Origin: Candidatus Poribacteria bacterium
GTDB taxonomy: Bacteria > Poribacteria > WGA-4E > WGA-3G
Assembly: GCA_964291315.2 (NCBI GenBank)
Contig: OZ219753.1
Location: forward strand, 704,001-768,000
DNA length: 64,000 nucleotides
Direction of reading: 5' to 3'
Shown here: piece by piece, positions 59,900 through 64,000 of the stretch
How positions within the stretch are numbered: position 1 is the first letter of the stretch
How the letters are laid out: each line of letters opens with the position of its first letter
Notes under the pieces: generated by a model
The model's database searches: none
What the model saw: only the letters and a program-made list of their open reading frames with translations
Told to the model about the DNA's origin: nothing
Position numbers and translations under genes: made by a program

Positions 59900-62800
59900 T
59901 TAATTTTGAATTTGCACAGACGAGCTGCCGTCTCCATGTTTTTTAACATTAATTTTGACGGGTATTCGTCTTGTTAGTTCTTGGACGTGGCTGATAAGGA
60001 AGATGCTGCGTCCCTGCATACGTAGTCCTTCGAGTGCTGCGATAGCGGTATCGAGTGTTTGGGTGTCTAGTGTGCCGAATCCTTCGTCGAGGAAGAGGGA
60101 GTGTAGTTGTGCGCGTCCGCTGCTCAGGTCTGTCAGAGCGAGTGCGAGTGCGAGACTCGTCAAGAAGGATTCGCCGCCGGAGAGCGTTTGGACGGGTCGT
60201 TCTTCGTTGGCGTTCCATCGGTCGATGATGGTTAGGTCGCCGATGGATTGGATTTTAAGCTGGTAGCGTTGGGAGGTGAGGTAATCGAGTTGCTTGTTGG
60301 CTAGTTTGCCCATTTGCTTGAACATAATCTCTAGTGCGAAGTCGCGTAGGGTGTTGCTGGGTATGACCTCATCCAATCGCTGCCAGCGGTCTAATTCGTG
60401 TTGCGTTTTACGGTGTGTGTTGTCGAGTGCTTGGCGTTTTTCGAGAGCGTCTTTCAAGTTTTTAATTTCCTCTTGTTGCCCTCCTGTTTTTTGATGTGCT
60501 GCTTTGAGCATCCGCTCGGTTTTTTCGGCTTCGCTCTCGATTCGTGTGAGTGCTTCTGAATCAAACGGAGTCTTGCCAAATAGCGTTTTCAATTCGGTGA
60601 TGGTTCGCTCAAGCTGTTGCATCTCGTTGTGGTAGTCGTCGATCTGGTGGGTGAGCGCTTGGAGTTGTGCTTCATCTCGGAAGGCGTCGGCGTGTGCTTT
60701 GGGTGAATCAAAACCTGCGCTCCTTAGTTTTTCGAGGTAGACTTTCTGTGCCGTCTCACATTTTTTTTGGGCGTTCGCATGCCGATTTTCGGAGATCTGG
60801 TGAGCGGTTTGCGTCTGAGTGAGTAGGTGTTGATTGTTCTTCAATTGCTGCTGGGCATCATCGCGCGCGTTTTCTTTGGATTGCAGTTCTGTCTCCAATG
60901 CCCCAATAGCAGCGTTAATCTCGTCTGCTGTTTCCAACCCGCGGGTTTTCTCGCGTACGGTGCTTAGCAAAGCTTCTGCGTTGCGTTGATATGTTTCTAT
61001 CTCGGTTTGTAGTTCCGCGCGGTTAGCCTGCAAATTCTCTAGGTCACGTTGGCTGGTTTTAATGTTGTCGTTGAGGCGTTCCAAATTGGTATTTAGATCG
61101 CGGCATTCATCTGAACGTGTTGCGACCTCCTCAACCTTTTCGCGGAAGCTGTCCAATGCTGCAGCCGGTGTGTGTTCATGAAAATTCTCCGGTAGCAAGG
61201 CCCAGAAACGTTCTTCAGTAGCGATAATATCTGCTTGCGAATCGGCAATAGCATCGTCGACCTCTTGGAGTTGTGCTTCGGCATCCTTGAGAAGTTGTTG
61301 TTCACGCTTCATCTGGTTTTCAGTGGTTTCGAGTTGGTGTGAGGTGGTCTGGTAGGCATGAGATGCTTCGGTTTGTACTTGCTCGGCATCTCGAAGTTCT
61401 GTAATAGCAGTATCCGCTACCCCAACTTGTTCAGCTATCCAATCAGATGAAACATCAATGTCCTCTTCAACCCAATCGAACGAAATCGTAAGGTCTGGAT
61501 AAACTTCTCTCCATTGTCCCTCAAGCGTTTCCGTCTCGCCTTGGAACGCAACCGCTTTTGCCCAAAGCTCTTTACATTGGTTGAGGACATTGTGCTGATT
61601 CTGTTGCAGTTGATCTCGTTGCGTCCGCAAATTCTGCATCTGATTTTGTGCAGTTTGTCGGTCAGCTTTCGCGTTCGCCAAAGCATTCTCAGCATCCTGT
61701 ATCAAATTTTCACTATCAGCTTCAATAGTGCCAGCAAACGGATGCTCTGTAGCTCCGCACACCAAACAAGGTTCTCCAGTATGAAGGCGTTGTCGGAGTT
61801 GATTGATTGGATTTGACAACATCACAGTTCTTAGTGCCACCTCACAATGTTCAACCGCTTCCGTAGTGGATCTGCACACCTCCACTTTTTCTTGTAGTTC
61901 CTCTTCGATTTGTACAAGCTCCACATTCAATGTCGATCCAGTGTCACTTAATTCAGTTGTCCTTTCTGAGAAGTACTCTAAATCGTTTAATACCTTTTCA
62001 TACCTTTGCACTAGGGGGTGTGCCTGGGCTGCTTGTCGTTTCCGGTCAATCCATTCTTCGCGGGTCCCAGTTGCTCGTAGCTTGTTCAATTCAGAGGTGG
62101 TGGTGTCTAAGCGAGTTTTTGCGTCTGCGTTTTCTACCCGTTGTTTTTCATAGATCTCGGACAAGGCTTTAATTTTATCCTTTAACGACACCGCATTTTC
62201 AGCGTGTTGATCTTTGGCTGCCACTACAGTCTCTAACTGTCCTTGATGCGACTCGAGTTGTACAAGAAGGGTGTTTGCGCGGTTGAGGCGGTGTTGCCTA
62301 TCCGATGGGAGCTGATTCTGATTTAAAAAGGTTTGGGCCTCATTAATCTGCTTCTGTAGTTTGGTTTGCTCAACCTTTCTGTTTATCAACTGGTTTGAAA
62401 GTGTGCCTATCTGACTTTCCAGTTCTGTTAATTTGGGCTTGCGGCTCTCCGCTTCGTCGGATTGATCGGCTGCTCGTTCCACATCTAATTTAGCATTTGT
62501 GTAGACCTCTACCTTCTGCTTGTATTCAGTTAATGCTGTCTGATAGTATGTCGCCTTTTTGTCAAAATTAGCTTGGTCGATTTTGACCTGTTCCTCGGCC
62601 CCGGTTTTTTCGGTTGTGGCTCTATAGTGTTCAGCCTTGGCCTCTTTGAGGTCAGATGTTGCGGTATCATACTCCCGTTTTTCAGCGCGAAGGTCCCTGG
62701 CTTGTTCGGCGTTTTCTCGCTCTGCTCGGAGGGTATCGATCTGTTGTTGTGTGTCTAAGAGCTCTGCGCGCCGTTTCTGTGAAGATAGGAGGTTTTCGTA

Positions 62801-63580
62801 GTCGGCTTTGCGTTTGGTTTCTAGATCTTTTTCTCGCTGGATTTTCTGGATTTTTGCGTTTAACGCCTCGGCTTCTGATTCCAAGCTATTGAGGTGTGTT
62901 TGTGCTTTTCCAAGTTGTGTGTGAGAGGCTTCGGGGATTTGCTTGAGTTTGTCAAGGATCTCGGTATTCGCTTTGTCGGCTGCTTTCACCTTTTCATCTA
63001 GTGCGTTTTTCAGGGTATCATAGATACTAATTCCTGCTGTTGCTTCCAAAATTTGGCGTCTATCTTCGGGGATTGCCTTGAGGAAGGCGGCGAACTCGCC
63101 TTGTGCCAACATGACGGAGCGCTTGAAGGCCATAAAATCTAATCCTAAGATGGCTTCAACTTCTTGGCTCACCGACTTTTGGCTTGATCCGAGAGACTTT
63201 CCTGTGCTTGTGAGTTTATCGCTGATTAATTTACCGTCGGCTGCGTAAGAGAGCTGCACTTTCGGAGCGCTGTTGCGGTTGATAGAGCAGGTAGCAATAT
63301 AACGTGTGCCGTTTGCGATAAAGTGGATTTCAGCGACTCCGTGTTTTTCACCATGGCTGACAAGATGGTTTCGGTTTTGGTTCCTTTTCCCACCGGTTAG
63401 TCGGGGTGTTTTCCCGTAGAGTGCGACACAAATTGCGTCCAACAAGGTGGTTTTTCCTGCGCCTGTTGGCCCGGTGATTGCTACGATGGAGGCGTCGGCT
63501 AATACTGGTTCTTCAAAATTGATGTCTATTTCTCTACGGAAACTGTTTAGGTTTTTAAGCTTGAGTCTGCATAATTTCAT
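59900..63580 (-). CDS. sbcC: SbcC/Rad50 SMC-like ATPase
   Basis: Walker A GPTGAGKTT, LAQGEFAAFL, hook CLVCG, LSGGESF, FLDEGFGTLD, ISHV. Confidence 0.95.
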   Translation of the reverse strand: MKLCRLKLKNLNSFRREIDINFEEPVLADASIVAITGPTGAGKTTLLDAICVALYGKTPRLTGGKRNQNRNHLVSHGEKHGVAEIHFIANGTRYIATCSINRNSAPKVQLSYAADGKLISDKLTSTGKSLGSSQKSVSQEVEAILGLDFMAFKRSVMLAQGEFAAFLKAIPEDRRQILEATAGISIYDTLKNALDEKVKAADKANTEILDKLKQIPEASHTQLGKAQTHLNSLESEAEALNAKIQKIQREKDLETKRKADYENLLSSQKRRAELLDTQQQIDTLRAERENAEQARDLRAEKREYDTATSDLKEAKAEHYRATTEKTGAEEQVKIDQANFDKKATYYQTALTEYKQKVEVYTNAKLDVERAADQSDEAESRKPKLTELESQIGTLSNQLINRKVEQTKLQKQINEAQTFLNQNQLPSDRQHRLNRANTLLVQLESHQGQLETVVAAKDQHAENAVSLKDKIKALSEIYEKQRVENADAKTRLDTTTSELNKLRATGTREEWIDRKRQAAQAHPLVQRYEKVLNDLEYFSERTTELSDTGSTLNVELVQIEEELQEKVEVCRSTTEAVEHCEVALRTVMLSNPINQLRQRLHTGEPCLVCGATEHPFAGTIEADSENLIQDAENALANAKADRQTAQNQMQNLRTQRDQLQQNQHNVLNQCKELWAKAVAFQGETETLEGQWREVYPDLTISFDWVEEDIDVSSDWIAEQVGVADTAITELRDAEQVQTEASHAYQTTSHQLETTENQMKREQQLLKDAEAQLQEVDDAIADSQADIIATEERFWALLPENFHEHTPAAALDSFREKVEEVATRSDECRDLNTNLERLNDNIKTSQRDLENLQANRAELQTEIETYQRNAEALLSTVREKTRGLETADEINAAIGALETELQSKENARDDAQQQLKNNQHLLTQTQTAHQISENRHANAQKKCETAQKVYLEKLRSAGFDSPKAHADAFRDEAQLQALTHQIDDYHNEMQQLERTITELKTLFGKTPFDSEALTRIESEAEKTERMLKAAHQKTGGQQEEIKNLKDALEKRQALDNTHRKTQHELDRWQRLDEVIPSNTLRDFALEIMFKQMGKLANKQLDYLTSQRYQLKIQSIGDLTIIDRWNANEERPVQTLSGGESFLTSLALALALTDLSSGRAQLHSLFLDEGFGTLDTQTLDTAIAALEGLRMQGRSIFLISHVQELTRRIPVKINVKKHGDGSSSVQIQN

Positions 63581-64000
63581 TCGGTTGCCTCAACGATCTG
63601 TATGAGTTCGCTAAATGTTTGAGCCAATGTTTGGTCTGGGGGTTCGCCATTAAATTTTGTTCTGTGTAGTTGTTCAAAGATTTCCTCGGGGCGTTTCATA
63701 TCTTCGACAGAGATTTCTAGGTCGCGTGTTATTTCAGGAAGTGTGATTTCGACACTGAGTACCTCGCCGCCGCGTTTGCTAAACGCTTGTCGGATTTCAT
63801 CGTTGATTCCTGTTTTGGGTGTGTCCAGTGTCAGTTTAACTTGGATGTATTTTTTGTCCCAGGTGCCGGTCCTGGCTTCTAACAGCACCGCTGATTCGTT
63901 TCCTTCGACGGTACATAATTCCTTGAAGACAGGAATTTTGATATTCTTGCCAGACACTAGTGTTCCGTTATCAGAGAATTCCAGGAGGTATACTGCTTTG
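63577..64000 (-). CDS. sbcD: SbcD nuclease, C-terminal part (5' end outside the window)
   Basis: Frame is open to the window edge (KAVYLLEF...); overlaps the sbcC start; resembles the SbcD C-terminal domain. Confidence 0.75.
   Translation of the reverse strand, partial: KAVYLLEFSDNGTLVSGKNIKIPVFKELCTVEGNESAVLLEARTGTWDKKYIQVKLTLDTPKTGINDEIRQAFSKRGGEVLSVEITLPEITRDLEISVEDMKRPEEIFEQLHRTKFNGEPPDQTLAQTFSELIQIVEATE

Overview
Bacterial chromosomal window with a strongly G+T-rich + strand. The gene mix (several sugar-phosphate isomerase TIM barrels, a heparinase-like gene, futalosine genes) suggests Candidatus Poribacteria, which is inference only. Housekeeping blocks: tamA/bamA-like (partial)-tamB-tlyA-dxs-xseB/xseA-ymdB-pyrE-selD; rpsB-HAD-tsf-frr-cdsA-dxr-rseP-udg-priA; trpS; mqnE-mqnA-fur-iscU-like-iscA; sbcC-sbcD (partial). 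The main accessory region is a defence island at about 20.7-29.7 kb. It holds a frameshifted type I-B cas1 remnant, a leader and a 5-repeat degenerate mini-CRISPR (both missed by the ORF track), a 66-aa membrane ORF, a Zorya type II-like zorA-zorB-zorE module and a type IIG/ISP-like R-M gene, interleaved with tandem GTAG-type REP arrays. Other notable elements: selD as a selenoprotein (in-frame TGA plus SECIS-like hairpin); an Rpn nuclease with an internal antitoxin start and a tandem duplicate of that module; a ParB-HTH-GIY-YIG fusion plus a dcm/MORC chimeric relic between xseA and xseB; an orphan DUF1156 methylase; compositionally mosaic methyltransferase genes; and an IscU homologue with only one cysteine. 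All calls come from reading motifs by eye; no database searches were run.
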